Shown here: positions 1 through 12,835 of the stretch, piece by piece
How positions within the stretch are numbered: position 1 is the first letter of the stretch
Layout: every line of letters begins with the position of its first letter
NCBI RefSeq assembly: GCF_006345805.1
Contig: NC_043003.1
Location: forward strand, 66,340,001 to 66,404,000
DNA: 64,000 bases
Reading direction: 5' to 3'
From: Octopus sinensis
Lineage: Eukaryota
Notes under the pieces: generated by a model
What the model saw: the letters and a program-made list of their open reading frames with translations, nothing else
What the model was told of the DNA's origin: nothing
Databases searched by the model: none
Made by a program: the position numbers and the translations under genes

Positions 1-801
1 ATGAAGTAAGAGTTATATCCCTAATCAGGATCGTGATTAGTACATTTCTTCTCATTCCGCAGCAAGACGATCTCGATAACCATCATCATTAGTTTAAACA
101 AACAACAAGAACAACGACAACAATAAATAAATTAATAAATATATAAATAAATAAAAAAATAAAATAAAATATAGGATATCATTCCTAACGTCAGCGTTTT
201 TGTATTTTTCATTACAAACATCGTTGAATATAATAACGCAACGTATATGGGAGTCTCTAATCTGATTGTATACCATAACTATTTTAAGCAGATCTTGAGC
301 AGATATGTATCAATTGCGCAGTATTACACAGTTACAAGCCTGTTGGATACAATTTAGATGTAATGATACACGAAATACACTGAACTTGCTATAGATCTTA
401 ATGTCAAATCAGAAACTTAAGTAGCAGCCTTGTAACATACATACATAAGCGTCTTTGTGCGTTTAGGAAATCTGGCCGCCATTTATTCGTTTATTCAATG
501 ATGTATTATATTATAACATTCATTCGCCATGATTGTAGTATCTGATTATAAAACGGTTTTAATTGAAATGTGTTTGTTTTTTTGTTTTTCGTGTCGTTTT
601 CATTTATTTTATTTTATTATAGTTTTATTTATTAGACGCAAGGACATTTTTTTGTCTATATTTGCTGGTTCAAACTATGTATGAATGAATATATAAGAAA
701 ATATCTTGCAAACTGGAAATCATAAATATTCATAAAGCTCTTACTTATACAAACGTATATAATTAAAGTGAGAGTATCTATGTATACATATTTGCCTATA
801 A

Positions 802-804
<3 letters not shown>

Positions 805-880
<76 letters not shown>
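805..880. repeat. (TA)n microsatellite (representative; dozens of similar tracts occur across the window)
   Basis: Direct reading of the TA dinucleotide run. Confidence 0.97.
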
Positions 881-883
<3 letters not shown>

Positions 884-1051
884 CATGTGTATGTGTGTGT
901 GTGTATTACTTATGTTTGTATTTATGTTTTTATAAAAACAAACATGCATTAATCTGATGGTTCACTCTATTCTTTTCTTATTCTTAATCAAGAAAATTAT
1001 TGGTAGAGGCTTCGGAGCTTCGGCCAGCTAAGCCATCGTCAGTTTTATGTT

Positions 1052-1105
<54 letters not shown>

Positions 1106-1109
<4 letters not shown>

Positions 1110-1404
1110 TGTGATCCCCGTGACCGACCAGGCTATCAGAAGTTACTACACATCGCTGGTCACAATGCGCTTCGCATTGTTTTAGCCATCAAATGAAGCC
1201 ACTTCGCTGGCTAAGCAAGCAAGTCAACAGAAGAGTGAGAGAAGGTTGTGGCGAAAGAGTACAGCAAAAATCGCCACCAACCCCCTGCCGGAGCCTCGTG
1301 GAGATTTAAGTGTTTTCGCTCAATAAACAATCACAACGCCCGGTCTGGGAATCGAAACCGCGATCCTACGACCGCGAGTCCGCTACCCTAACTACTGAGC
1401 CATT

Positions 1405-1406
<2 letters not shown>
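1106..1406 (-). mobile_element. tRNA-derived SINE (family C)
   Basis: Reverse complement begins gtaatggctcagtagttagggtagcggactcgcggtcgtaggatcgcggtttcgattcccagaccggg (A-box and B-box like), followed by a ~230 bp body ending in (TA)n. Confidence 0.8.
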
Positions 1407-1436
<30 letters not shown>

Positions 1437-1439
1437 TCA

Positions 1440-1800
1440 AAATATATAAACTGTTGTCTGGGGAGAGTCATTCGCTTTTAGTGTCTTATAATTTAACACA
1501 CACACCGGTAAAATTTCCACTCATTTACTGATTTAGTTTTCTAAAATTTTCGTTGCCTTTTGCAACCTTTTCGATAGTTGTTGGCTCTGTCCCTTATTCA
1601 AGCTGCGTTCTTTTTGTTTGTTTGTGTACATGTGTGTGGATCAGTGTGTGCGCGCATACACATGTATGTATGCATGCACGAGTGTGTATGTGTGTATGTA
1701 TGAATGTATGTGTGTGTGCATATGTATTTATATGTATGTGCTTACTTTTGTATGTATTCTGCATATTCATTTGTTTGCGTGTTCATGTTTGCGGGTATAT
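1440..1800. repeat. Unclassified dispersed repeat, also present at ~52745-53060
   Basis: Shared block tgtctgggg(a/t)gagtca...ctaaaattttcgttgc...gcaaccttttc...gctgcgttctttttgtttgtttgtg and downstream gtatgtattctgcatattcat in both places. Confidence 0.8.
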
Positions 1801-2323
1801 ACATATATATGTAGCATTTGTTAAAACCTGTCCCTCTCGGGTTTTCTTTCTGTCGCACACACACACACACTCACTCACGCACTCATTATTCCTGAGTATG
1901 AATAGGGTGTGAATCATTGAGACGTACACAAGCACAACGGAATTGTGTACACATCAATGTATTCGACTACGTCTGGGATTATGCTAGGATTTTATCGTTG
2001 AGCGTACACAAGTGCTAGGTAACTCATATTGCCTTGTGCGTTTAAATGCCCGTCTGAATGTATGAATGCGTTTTATTTTCAGTGTGTGAGCGTGCGTGTA
2101 TCTTCTTTAATGCTATCTCTTTTCGATACACCTCGTTGTAAATGTACAGATATCTTCCTGTACCAGATAACTAATACAAATATAACTTGCACTTTACACA
2201 AGAGAGAACAGGGTGAAGAACATACAGACAAATGCTATACGCACACACACACGCACATATATACATAATCTATATATATATATTATATATATATACATGA
2301 ACATATACATATATCTATACATA

Positions 2324-2357
<34 letters not shown>

Positions 2358-2383
2358 CATATATATATAACATACATAAACCT

Positions 2384-2443
<60 letters not shown>

Positions 2444-2465
2444 AACATATATATATATATACATA

Positions 2466-2502
<37 letters not shown>

Positions 2503-3213
2503 GAACATATACATATATCTATACATATATATATATACACACACACACATATATATATGTTTATATATGTATATATGTACACACACATTCATTCACACAA
2601 ACACACAAGCATGCGCACACACACACTCACACACATACACATATCATAGTGCGAGAAGTGAGAACCTAAGTGTTTATTTAAAGCTTGGCGTAGTGAACAG
2701 CGGAGTTGATCCATGAAATAGATGGCGGGCCAGCGAAATACTCGGCAAGTGGCGTTCTCAGGAAATTTAGCAGACATCTTATTATGTATCAGTAAATGTT
2801 ATCTGTAGATATTTTCGTGTCAAGATATCCATCCACCCCACTGTTAATATACATTTAGGGACGTCTATATCTAAAAATGCTTCGGTAACTAACGTTTATG
2901 CATTTAAATCTTTCTTTGGCGTTTTTTTTCTTTCTGTTTCTGTTCTGTATTTACTGTTTTTTTTTTTTACTTCTAGTTTAGTAAAGGAGAAAAGGGAACA
3001 AGATTTTAAATGTGTAGGCACTGAAATCAAGTTGTGACAGGAACAACTTACTGCCTCATTGCAAAGATAACATTATTCACGATTCAGATATGTATTTACA
3101 TGCAAACAGAAGCAGAGACAACCCCACATAGTTAAAGAACCAAACGCAGAGAGAGAGAGAGAGAGAGAAAGGGGGAGGGAGAGAGAAGCGCAGGTATATA
3201 TACACAGGCACAG

Positions 3214-3272
<59 letters not shown>

Positions 3273-3287
3273 ATCTATCTATCTATC

Positions 3288-3321
<34 letters not shown>

Positions 3322-3515
3322 CACGCAAACATAAAAACAACCACACATAGACACAATATATCATTCACAGACATCTTTATGTATGTCCGTGTCATTTTGT
3401 AACGTTTCTTATGCGCAAGTACGTCTGCATGCACCTGCATGTCTTTTTCATATCTATATCTATGCATGTATATATGTGCATATGCATGTGTGTATGTATA
3501 TATATATATATGTAT

Positions 3516-3902
3516 AGGTGCAGGAGTGGCTGTGTGGTAAGTAGTTTGCCTACCAACCACATGGTTCCGGGTTCAGCCCCAATGCGTGGCACCTTGGGCA
3601 AGCGTCTTCTACTATAGCCTCGGGCCGACCAAAGCCTTGTGAGTGGATTTGGTAGACGGAAACTGAAAGAAGCTGGTCGTGTATTTATATATATATATAT
3701 ATATATGTATGTGTCCCCACCACAACATCACTTGACAACCGATGGTGTGGTACGTCCCCGTAACCTAGCGGTTCGGCAAAAGAGACGGATTGAATAAGCA
3801 CTAGGCTTATAAAGAATAAGTCCAGGGGTCGATATGCTGGACTAAAGGCGGTACTCCAGTATGGCCGCAGTCAAATGACTGAAACAAGTAAAAGAGTAAA
3901 GA

Positions 3903-3903
<1 letters not shown>
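3516..3903 (+). mobile_element. tRNA-derived SINE family A, full length
   Basis: Head ggagtggctgtgtggtaag...ggttcagcccc, internal (TA)n, core taacctagcggttcggcaaaagagacg, tail gtcaaatgactgaaacaagtaaaagag; about 20 related copies or fragments in the window. Confidence 0.9.
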
Positions 3904-3995
<92 letters not shown>

Positions 3996-4588
3996 TAGAT
4001 AGATAGATAGACAGACCGATAGATAGACGGACAGAAAGATAGTCACATAGATAAATAGATGAGAGAGACAGTTGGGAGAGAGAGGTGGGACGACAGAGTT
4101 TGTAAATAAATGTATACGTGTGTATATATACATGTATAATAATCATAGTATTCTCTTGACTTCCTTAAATATTTAGAGTTATGAAACTCACAACCTCACG
4201 GATTAAAGCAAATCATATGATTTCCCTGCTTCAAGAGAGCTCTAAATTTTGGTCATGGTGTTTGATACAAATTGAGCTTCAATATCGGATTATTAAACAC
4301 GCTTCTAAATATATTTACGAACATAACATATATGCTGCGCCACGGATTTATTTCCTAATTTATTTCCCCCTCGCACAGGCAACTTACACTGAAAGGGTCA
4401 TTGTAAGATATAATCCTTTTAACAGAACTCTAATTTCGTTTTTGTATTTGGTTTGCAAAGCTTCTTGATACGAATTCGTGTGTTGAAGAGAAAAAGCATG
4501 TCAACAATGAGGTTGCGAATAGCGGCAAAAGGTCTTTGACTAACAAATGACCGATTGATTGTTGAAACAAAGATTAAACAAATGATCG

Positions 4589-4996
4589 GGATCTTTTCGG
4601 TTTGAACGGCAGTTTTTTATAGCGGTGTCATATGAAATTGTCACCCATAATAATGACCCTAGTATCGATCTGTTTTAGGGTTAAGGTTAGGGTTAGGGTA
4701 GGGGAAGGGTATCTTTTTTTCTTCACAAATGTAAATAAACCCACAAATGTAAATAAACGAGGGACATATTCGTACGACACAGAATGTTTTTTACCTCAAT
4801 AGACCTCAGTGATTGGTTGAAATTGCAGAAATTGAAGAAAAAACAACAATAAATATCTTACAAACCATAGAATTTTCTCAATAAAGCCAAGAGAAAAAGA
4901 TGTTTTATAAACACGTTCTACCAGAATACGTAGTTTAAAATTTGTTTATTTACCTAGAAATTATGTTAAAAACTGCCGTTTAAACCGAAAAGATCC
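4589..4996. mobile_element. MITE with ~29 bp terminal inverted repeats and an 8 bp target-site duplication
   Basis: TIR ggatcttttcggtttgaacggcagttttt / aaaaactgccgtttaaaccgaaaagatcc; flanks aatgatcg (4581-4588) and aatcatcg (4997-5004); internal TTAGGG-like repeats. Confidence 0.85.
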
Positions 4997-5635
4997 AATC
5001 ATCGATTGTTTCGTTAGCAAGATAGTTAACCGGCTGGCTAAAAATAAAGAAGTGATATTGAGCAGTACGTGTGTTTATTGATATTGGTGTAACGACCCTG
5101 CCAAAACACAATAACTTTAATGTTTCTTTAAGAGAAAAATCATCAGCGAATGTAAAAAAAAATATATTACTTACATAACTAGCAGAGCAATTTCTTCCAC
5201 ATCAGTAAACGCATTTAAATACAGGAAGCGAATCTCCCTGAAAACACACCCTGCTTTGTTAAAAGTGCAAACGAATGCAATGCCGGATTGCTCTAAATGA
5301 CAATTAAAATATCTCTCCGGTCATAAAACTACTTCATCAGGATTGACTTGCGGCAAGATATACAGACTAAATTACGGCTGTATATTTTAAGGGATTACTC
5401 CACATAGACACTATTTATATATTTGTGTAATTGCTGAATTAAAAAATTGAAACTATGGTTTCATGTATATTTAGTTGTTGCTTGGTGATGTCTAATACCA
5501 GACGCATTGCGGCATTATGCAACACTGTTCAGTTCTACGTATATGTGTTTGTGCATATGTAAATGTATATATGTATATGTGTGTATAAATATATACATAC
5601 ACACAGATATCAACACAGGCACACATACACGTATG

Positions 5636-5671
<36 letters not shown>

Positions 5672-6609
5672 GTATGTATAAATATGCGTGTATCATTCGC
5701 ACACAAACACACACACATACGTATGCATTCATATATATGTGTGTATGTATGTATATATATATATGTATGTATATATATATATACATATAATGTGTAGGTA
5801 TACATACATGTGTATATGATGTATGTAAAACAAGAGCGCTTCATTAATATCATCAATTTTCAGAGACCATTTGAATAAATTTCCATAATATATTTCTGAT
5901 TTCGGACTACGTTAAAGTCAAAGGTTTGTATAGTAATGTGTGTTTATATGTGTGTGTGGGTATGTGTGTGTGCGTGCTTGCGTCTACGTGTGTCTGTGTA
6001 CGTGTCTGTATAGATACATTCATTCACAAATAAATATGTACACACACACACACACACACACACATACACACATACACACACGCATATATATATATGATTA
6101 TTTTTCAGGTCAAATATTTATTGGATTTTTTTTCATCGCGGCCATATTCAAAATAAAACTTTCTAAAATTTTTTTTATGTATTATTTTAAAATGAAAACT
6201 GACATTTTTAAATACTAGAAGTATATCGTTATCACGGTTTAAAGGTTATTGTCGGTTTATATGAATAATAGCATTTACTATTGAAAACAATGTAAATTTT
6301 CCACAAGCGTATAATTGCGTTTTCATTTCAGGACAACCGCTGATCATATTTTATGTTTTATTTATTTTTTATTTATCTATTTATTTATTTTGCAAAAGAA
6401 TTGATACGCAGCACTTCTGAGATTGGGAAATAAGCTCCTGGCAATATCTATTTGTTTTATCGATTTTAGGTTACAGCTATCAAATTATAAACGGAGAGTG
6501 TTTTTTTGTTTTTTTGTTTTTTTTTGTCTAATAGTCAAGGCATAAACCTAGCTTTAGCTGCTGGATATAAATCTGTCAGTGCCAAAATGAGCAGATACTA
6601 AATCCTGCA

Positions 6610-7400
6610 AGTAATCTACCCTTCCATGTTTCCAACTTCCTCTCCTTCCAGTCTAGGGTTCTCAGTCACTTTTTCCATACTAAACCTTATAGATTGCAAT
6701 CTAATCACCCTTTTCAGGGATATCCACAATTTTTATTTTATCTGTCTAATTCTTTTAGTTTTACGAATGCTCCCCTCAAATCCCATTTCAACTAATTCTC
6801 TAATCTGATCTTCGAAAGCATGGCATACTTGAAATGAGGCCTTCTTTTTCTGGTGACTATGTCCCTGTCTATGTAGCCTATCTAGGAAAGCGACAGAAAT
6901 CACAGGAATCACAAATTAATTGTCTGAGTAGATGGTCAGTTTGAATTATGGGCACCCTTTTTGCTGGCGCATTCGGTAAATCCAATCGTTACCCGTCAGA
7001 CATGTGGAGACATCTGGGTAGGTTTCTGTGGGTCTTTCACCCGCCTCTCCTATTAGTTTGCCCTCACATCTAAATGTGCGCTTAAGATGGCGTTTTAATC
7101 GCCCACTACCACGAGAGAGCATAATGTTCCGATAAAAACTTCCAGGGACGCAAAGAAGATTGGTTACCCCTTCCCTTAGGGGCATAGACTACTTTTGGCT
7201 TGAAGTAAACTTCTTAGCTACTGTTCACATCAAGGTCTACCAACTTACCGCCCGGCTTCATGAGCAGCGATCGTATCCTGAAACGCAGCCCTTCCCGAAA
7301 CAAAACTGCTCCACTGCCACTCTTTGAGGATTGGCTCAAAGATGAGTGGAAATCAGTCACTAGAAATGGAAGCAATTGTCCTTGTTTTCCAAACTAACAA
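6610..7400 (-). mobile_element. L1/Tx1-type LINE ORF2 relic (APE endonuclease and linker)
   Basis: Broken translation SGAVLFREGLRFRIRSLLMKPGGKLVDLDV...VYAPKGRG...RLDLPNAP...TDH...LDRLHRQG...KLWISLKRVIRLQSIRFS, with stops and frameshifts. Confidence 0.7.
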
Positions 7401-7608
7401 CCGGATTTCATTAAACCGGCGTTCCTACTTGCATGGCCGTCCTTGACAAATAATTCTACATCATAATACACATATTGAAGTCTAATCCAATTTTATCGGA
7501 GTGATTTCTAGGTCAAAACTGTTTACAAATATAATATATATAGTATAATACGTACACACGCACATACACACACACACACACACACATACACACATACATA
7601 CACACACT

Positions 7609-7665
<57 letters not shown>

Positions 7666-7671
7666 ATTGAA

Positions 7672-7762
7672 AAGAACTGGGGTCGAGTCATTCGACTAAA
7701 ATTACTTCAAGGAAGTGCCCCATCATGGCCATAGTCTAATGACTGAATGTAAAAGATAAATG
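7672..7762 (+). mobile_element. SINE family A 3' tail fragment
   Basis: ggggtcgagtcattcgactaaa...catggccatagtctaatgactgaatgtaaaagat. Confidence 0.7.
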
Positions 7763-8037
7763 ATATATGTGTGTAGAAAGAGAGTGAGATGTGTGTGTAA
7801 ATACACACACATACGTTCGTACATAAATTTACTCATATGTCTGCTGTTGTAACGACAACTCTGCGTTCGAAAACTATTTTCACTTACTCTCTCTCTCATT
7901 CTCTCCTCTCTCTCCTTCGTTCTCTCTCCTCTCTCTGTTTCTGTAGGTATGTATCTCTATATATATCTATATATATATTATATATATAATATACATACCC
8001 ACAATTTGTAAAATTCATAATTCTGTTTCTTCACAGC

Positions 8038-8073
8038 TGTCTGACGAACGAACATGTGAAACTCTGAGTAACG
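8038..8073 (+). ncRNA. Type I hammerhead ribozyme motif with canonical core (HHR repeat family 1)
   Basis: tgt-CTGACGA-acg(aaca)tgt-GAA-act(ctg)agt-A-acg: complete CUGANGA/GAAA/GUA core, 3 bp helices II and III, helix I only 3 bp in this copy. Confidence 0.6.
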
Positions 8074-8645
8074 AATTTTGACGTTTTTTTAGGTCTTTAT
8101 TGAAGCATTATATGTGCGTGCGCGCGCGCGCGTGTCTGCGTCTGAGTGTGTAGTTATAGAATTTACCTTGTCTGTTAGATAATTTTTTACCTGTACGTTG
8201 TTAGTTAGCTATCGGCGTATGTTCTTTTAAATATTTATTTCTTATTACAACATATTTCGCTTATCTCAACAAGTTTTCTATTTTTGCAAATAGATTTCTT
8301 TATGTCTTTTACACCATTTACCCACCTCACCACATCCCACCCCTCTCTCGCTCTCTCCCCTTCTCTATCTCCCCGCTCTCTCTCTTCTCTCTCTCATTCA
8401 TTGTCGCTGTTTCTTACTCAAACCTACGTTCTTACACACTCTATTCATCTTATATTCTCTTGATTTTATTTTATTCTTTCTATGTTGTTTTTTTTGTATC
8501 TAATCCGTTATCTCTGCTCCATGGTGAATAATCATCGCTGCTTAATTTACCAAAGTGCTTTAACAATATGCTTTCAATTACAATCGCAATTTGTGCACTT
8601 AAACTCAAATCATTATTTCTAATGAATTATTAATTCTATAACGTC

Positions 8646-8682
<37 letters not shown>

Positions 8683-8903
8683 ATATTATATATATATATA
8701 TTTATATTATATATATCTATACATATAGATACTCATATATATATACATTAGATATACACATAAATAATGCATTAATGCAAATACAGACATTCATATTTAT
8801 ATATATATACATATATATATATATGTACGTATATGCAGGTATATATGTGTATATGCAAGTATATATATTATACAATATAAATATATATATGTATGTATAT
8901 ATG

Positions 8904-8936
<33 letters not shown>

Positions 8937-9394
8937 GTATATATATATTATATATTATATATATATATATATATATTAATATATATATATATAAAGAAAT
9001 GAAGTTCATTATGAAAGTAGAGTATATTTTTTTATTCGTACCAAGAAATCTCTTTCTATTTCTACACATACAGGTATTCATATATTCAAACCAGATATAT
9101 GCCTACATGCATACATACAACTATATGTATATGTATACATACGAGCTTAAATACAAGCCATAACGCTTACACTGATTTAGATGTTTGCTAACTCGCACGC
9201 ACATATGATTGCACATTAACATCCGTATAGAAGAAAGTGTACTTAAAGAATGCCGAAGAATGGATGCGCATACTTAAACATATAGAAACAAACACGCGTG
9301 CGTATACGAACTTATAATGCATATAAGCCATAACATAACGAAACACGTTTGCATGTGTATCTGATGTGCTATGACTCCTTACGCATATATATAG

Positions 9395-9429
<35 letters not shown>

Positions 9430-9430
9430 A

Positions 9431-9641
9431 CAGGGGTCCCGAAAATAGGTTTACAGTTATTAAACAATCTCATTTGCATTCATATATTAACAATTTAAAT
9501 CTTAATTATAAAATAATATGAAACCATTATTCTATGCTAATTTAGTTAAGTGTAAGATAGAAATTTAAATGTAGTAAAACGTTTTAAAAGAAATTTAGAG
9601 TGCCTACGTGATAACTGTAAACTTACTTTTGGGCCATGCTG
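9431..9641. mobile_element. Tc1/mariner-type MITE
   Basis: TA flanks; imperfect TIRs caggggtcccgaaaataggtttacagttat / ataactgtaaacttacttttgggccatgctg. Confidence 0.7.
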
Positions 9642-9664
9642 TATGTATATATATATATAATATA

Positions 9665-9715
<51 letters not shown>

Positions 9716-9744
9716 CCTTTTTTCAGTTTTTTTAAAATTAGTTT

Positions 9745-10096
9745 TAGTAAATTGACTGTGGCTATACTGCAACACCGCCTTTATTCAAACACATCGACTG
9801 CAGGACCTATACTTTGTAAGCCTATTACTTACTCTATCAGTCTCTTTTGCCGAACTGCGAAATTTCGAGGACGTGAACAGATCAACATCGGTTATCAAGC
9901 GATAGTGGAGGGACAAACACACACACTCACACACACACAAATATATATATATTTCCGCCGACGAAATCCACTCACAATGCTTTGGTCGACTCGAGGCTAT
10001 AGTAAAATACACATGCTCAAGGTGCCACGCAGTGGGACTGAATCCGGAACCATGTGGTTGGGAAGCAAGTTTCTAACCACACCGTATACAGGTGCT
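9745..10096 (-). mobile_element. SINE family A
   Basis: Reverse-complement match to head, core and tail of 3516-3903. Confidence 0.85.
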
Positions 10097-10200
10097 TTTT
10101 AATACATTTACGTCAGAGCAATACATAGAATAGATGCACTTTATTTTATTGATCTCTCTATTTATTATGTTTAAAAATGCATACAAACACATACAGAGAA

Positions 10201-10358
10201 GCGCAGACGTAGCTGTGATACGAAGTTACCTTCCTAATCACATGGTTTCGGGTTCAGTCCTACTGCGTGACATCTAGCGCAATTGTCTTCCCCTACAGAC
10301 CCCGGCTAACCAAAGCCTTCTATATGATTATGGTAGGCAGAAACTGAAAGAAGGTTGC
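10201..10358 (+). mobile_element. SINE family A head fragment
   Basis: cacatggtttcgggttcagtcctactgcgtg...ccaaagcctt...gaaactgaaagaag. Confidence 0.7.
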
Positions 10359-10431
10359 CACTCACTCACACAGAAAACACATACACACACAGACACACAC
10401 ACACACACACACACATAGACGCACACACATA

Positions 10432-10600
10432 TAGTTGAAATTTATTGAAAGACAAAAGACGAAGACAGGTGTATGAGCAACAACCAGGTGTATTACTTTG
10501 ACGCTCGGGGAAAATGAAAAAGTCTTTTACGTTTCGAGCCTACGCTCTTCAGGAGAAAGGAATAAGTGAAAACAAGCATAGAGAGAATAAAAAAGAACTT
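10432..10600 (-). mobile_element. Short repeat carrying an HHR-like motif (HHR family 3); possible Penelope-like terminal-repeat relic
   Basis: Homologous to 42260-42420 (-) and 57240-57400 (+); reverse complement ccttt-ctcctgaa-gagc(gtag)gctc-gaaacgta-aaagac at 10522-10560. Confidence 0.65.
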
Positions 10601-10929
10601 GTAGATTTCACCGATCCAATATATATATCTGATACATATTTATATATATATATATGAGAAAGAGGGAAGAGGGGTTGTATTGCCACGCAGGAAAAATGTA
10701 GGAGAGTTTGTTGTTTAAAATGCACTTGTATTGGAAAAAGTTGTAATTATTTTTAAATAAATTTATTTACATACATACCAAACTAATTGCAACAATTTTT
10801 GTTTATTAATATTGCAAAGTAGAAAAACATGTTTGAAAGATTCAATATTTATACAATTCAGTAATATCAAATATGGTTTAAATCTTCACAGCAAGACTGA
10901 AACACGTAGAAGAAAAAAAATTAGAAGAA

Positions 10930-11150
10930 GCTTAATCTATTTGTGATGGATGTAATTTGAGTCCAGGAATGGATTTTTGCTTTGAAGTCACAATGGTGAC
11001 GTTAATTGTTTTGATTTTAGCTCGGACTGGACAAATGTGTCTTTCGACTGCAGTATGCAATTCTTTAATTATTCTGTTTCTTCAACCTAAATTATATAAC
11101 CCAAATTTAAAAGCATCTCGACACATTTTACGCCATTCCGATCAATCTTG
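10930..11150 (-). mobile_element. Possible RTE-type LINE C-terminal relic
   Basis: Translation SEWRKMCRDAFKFG...RNRII...HICPV...SIPGLKLH resembles the RTE C-terminal WR/C2H2 region; highly decayed. Confidence 0.3.
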
Positions 11151-11389
11151 ACAGTGACTTTAACATATTAAATTAAGCCGTAGGAAATTTCGAGTAAGAA
11201 TACAATTACTGTAAACCACAGAAGACTCCCATAAAAATAATTTACGTGTTAACTCAAATAACATTTGAAAGGATTAAAATAAAGATTAAAAAACAGGACA
11301 ATAAACAAAAACAAACGAATTTATCTGACAACTCGATATATTAATTACTATGAATTTTTTTCATTGTACTACAGGTACAAGGCCTTAAA

Positions 11390-11560
11390 TTTTTCGGCGT
11401 TTGGCAATTACATTCACACCAGTGCTCAGCTAATCAAGGCTGAAATGAAGAAAAGCAAAGTCAACCTCGGTTGGATATGAAGTCAGAACGTGATTAGGCG
11501 GGAGAAATACGTCTAAGCATGTTGTTCGACATGCTAACGCTTCTCCCAGCTCACCACCTT
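11390..11560 (-). mobile_element. tRNA-derived SINE family B, decayed
   Basis: Similar to the gagctggcagaa-cgttagca...ttctgagttcaaattccgccgaggtcgactttgcctttcatcc consensus seen at 15700-15937 and 24515-24720. Confidence 0.6.
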
Positions 11561-12339
11561 TAAAATCTTCTTAATAACACCAACAACAATAAAGAAATTT
11601 TCTGGCGAGCAAACCTTGCAATCTACCTGCATTTCTTTGCGAATTCCTAAAAAATTAAATCCTGCAACCTGAAGCTAAAGAGATGGACCTGGTTAAAACA
11701 TTCGATATGCGTAACTGAATTCCGAACAATAACACATCTCCAAATTTAATCAATAAAAATCTTCCATAATGTTTTCTCTTCAGAACCTTCATTGGAACCT
11801 AATTCCTATTGAATTCGACATAGACGATATAAAACCCAGATAAACTGAAATGGACCACAGTCCAACGAAAGCTAAGAAGTTCAAAGGTTCGAGGTTATTG
11901 CCAACGCTGTTCTTCTTAAAGAATTATGATTACATACTTAACGTTGTTTATGCTTCATGAGGAAAACTAACAAAATCGAAACATCGTATAAATTGTCGAC
12001 AAAGTTTGACATAAAATATGAATCTCATTCTTCAGAGCGTGTCGTTTTATCTTTTTACCAAATATTTCAAATAAGCTGGAAAAATTATTAGATTTATTTC
12101 TAAGGTTTTTTATGTTGACATTTTAATCAAAGCCAGAGGAAGTGTTTTTTAAATATCTAATTGTAAATATTAATCGAATTAAAAAAAAACAATGTTGTCC
12201 ATTTGTGTTCGTGTGTGTTTCTGTATGCGTATGTGTATGTATAATATGTAAGGTTACATTTTTATATATCTATATACACACGCACACTTTTATGTATATT
12301 TTTATGTGTAATGTGTGCACTTGTTTCTATGTGTATGTG

Positions 12340-12720
12340 TAGCCACAAGAATGACTGTGTAGTAAGTAGCTTGCTTCCCACATTGTTCCTAGTTCATCCC
12401 CACAGCATAGCACCTTGGGTAAGTGTCTTCTACTATAGCCTCGGACTGACCAAAGCCTTGTGAGTGGATTTGATAGACGGAAACTGAAAGAGGCCCGACG
12501 TATATGTATGTATGTATGAATTTGTGGGTGTGTGGGTGTGTCCCTCCACCACCACTTGTCAACTGATATTGGTATGCTGATGGCCCTGTAACTTAGCAGT
12601 TCGGCACAAGGGCCCAAGTGAATAAGTACTAGGCTTACAAAGAGCAAGTTCGGCAGTCGATCTGCTCGACAAAAGGCGGTGCTCCAGCATCGCCAAATTC
12701 AAATAACTGAAACCAGTCAC
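12340..12720 (+). mobile_element. SINE family A
   Basis: Head, core taacttagcagttcggcacaag and tail aaaaggcggtgctccagcat...actgaaac. Confidence 0.85.
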
Positions 12721-12831
<111 letters not shown>

Positions 12832-12835
12832 AGAT

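Noticed and set aside
4675-4709. Interstitial telomere or chromosome-fusion scar
   Set aside because: Only a few degenerate units, lying inside a TIR- and TSD-bounded MITE.
10870-10915. Strong minus-strand acceptor (TTTTTTTTCTTCTACGTGTTTCAG)
   Set aside because: All three frames stop within 10 codons and no donor follows; cannot be supported as an exon.
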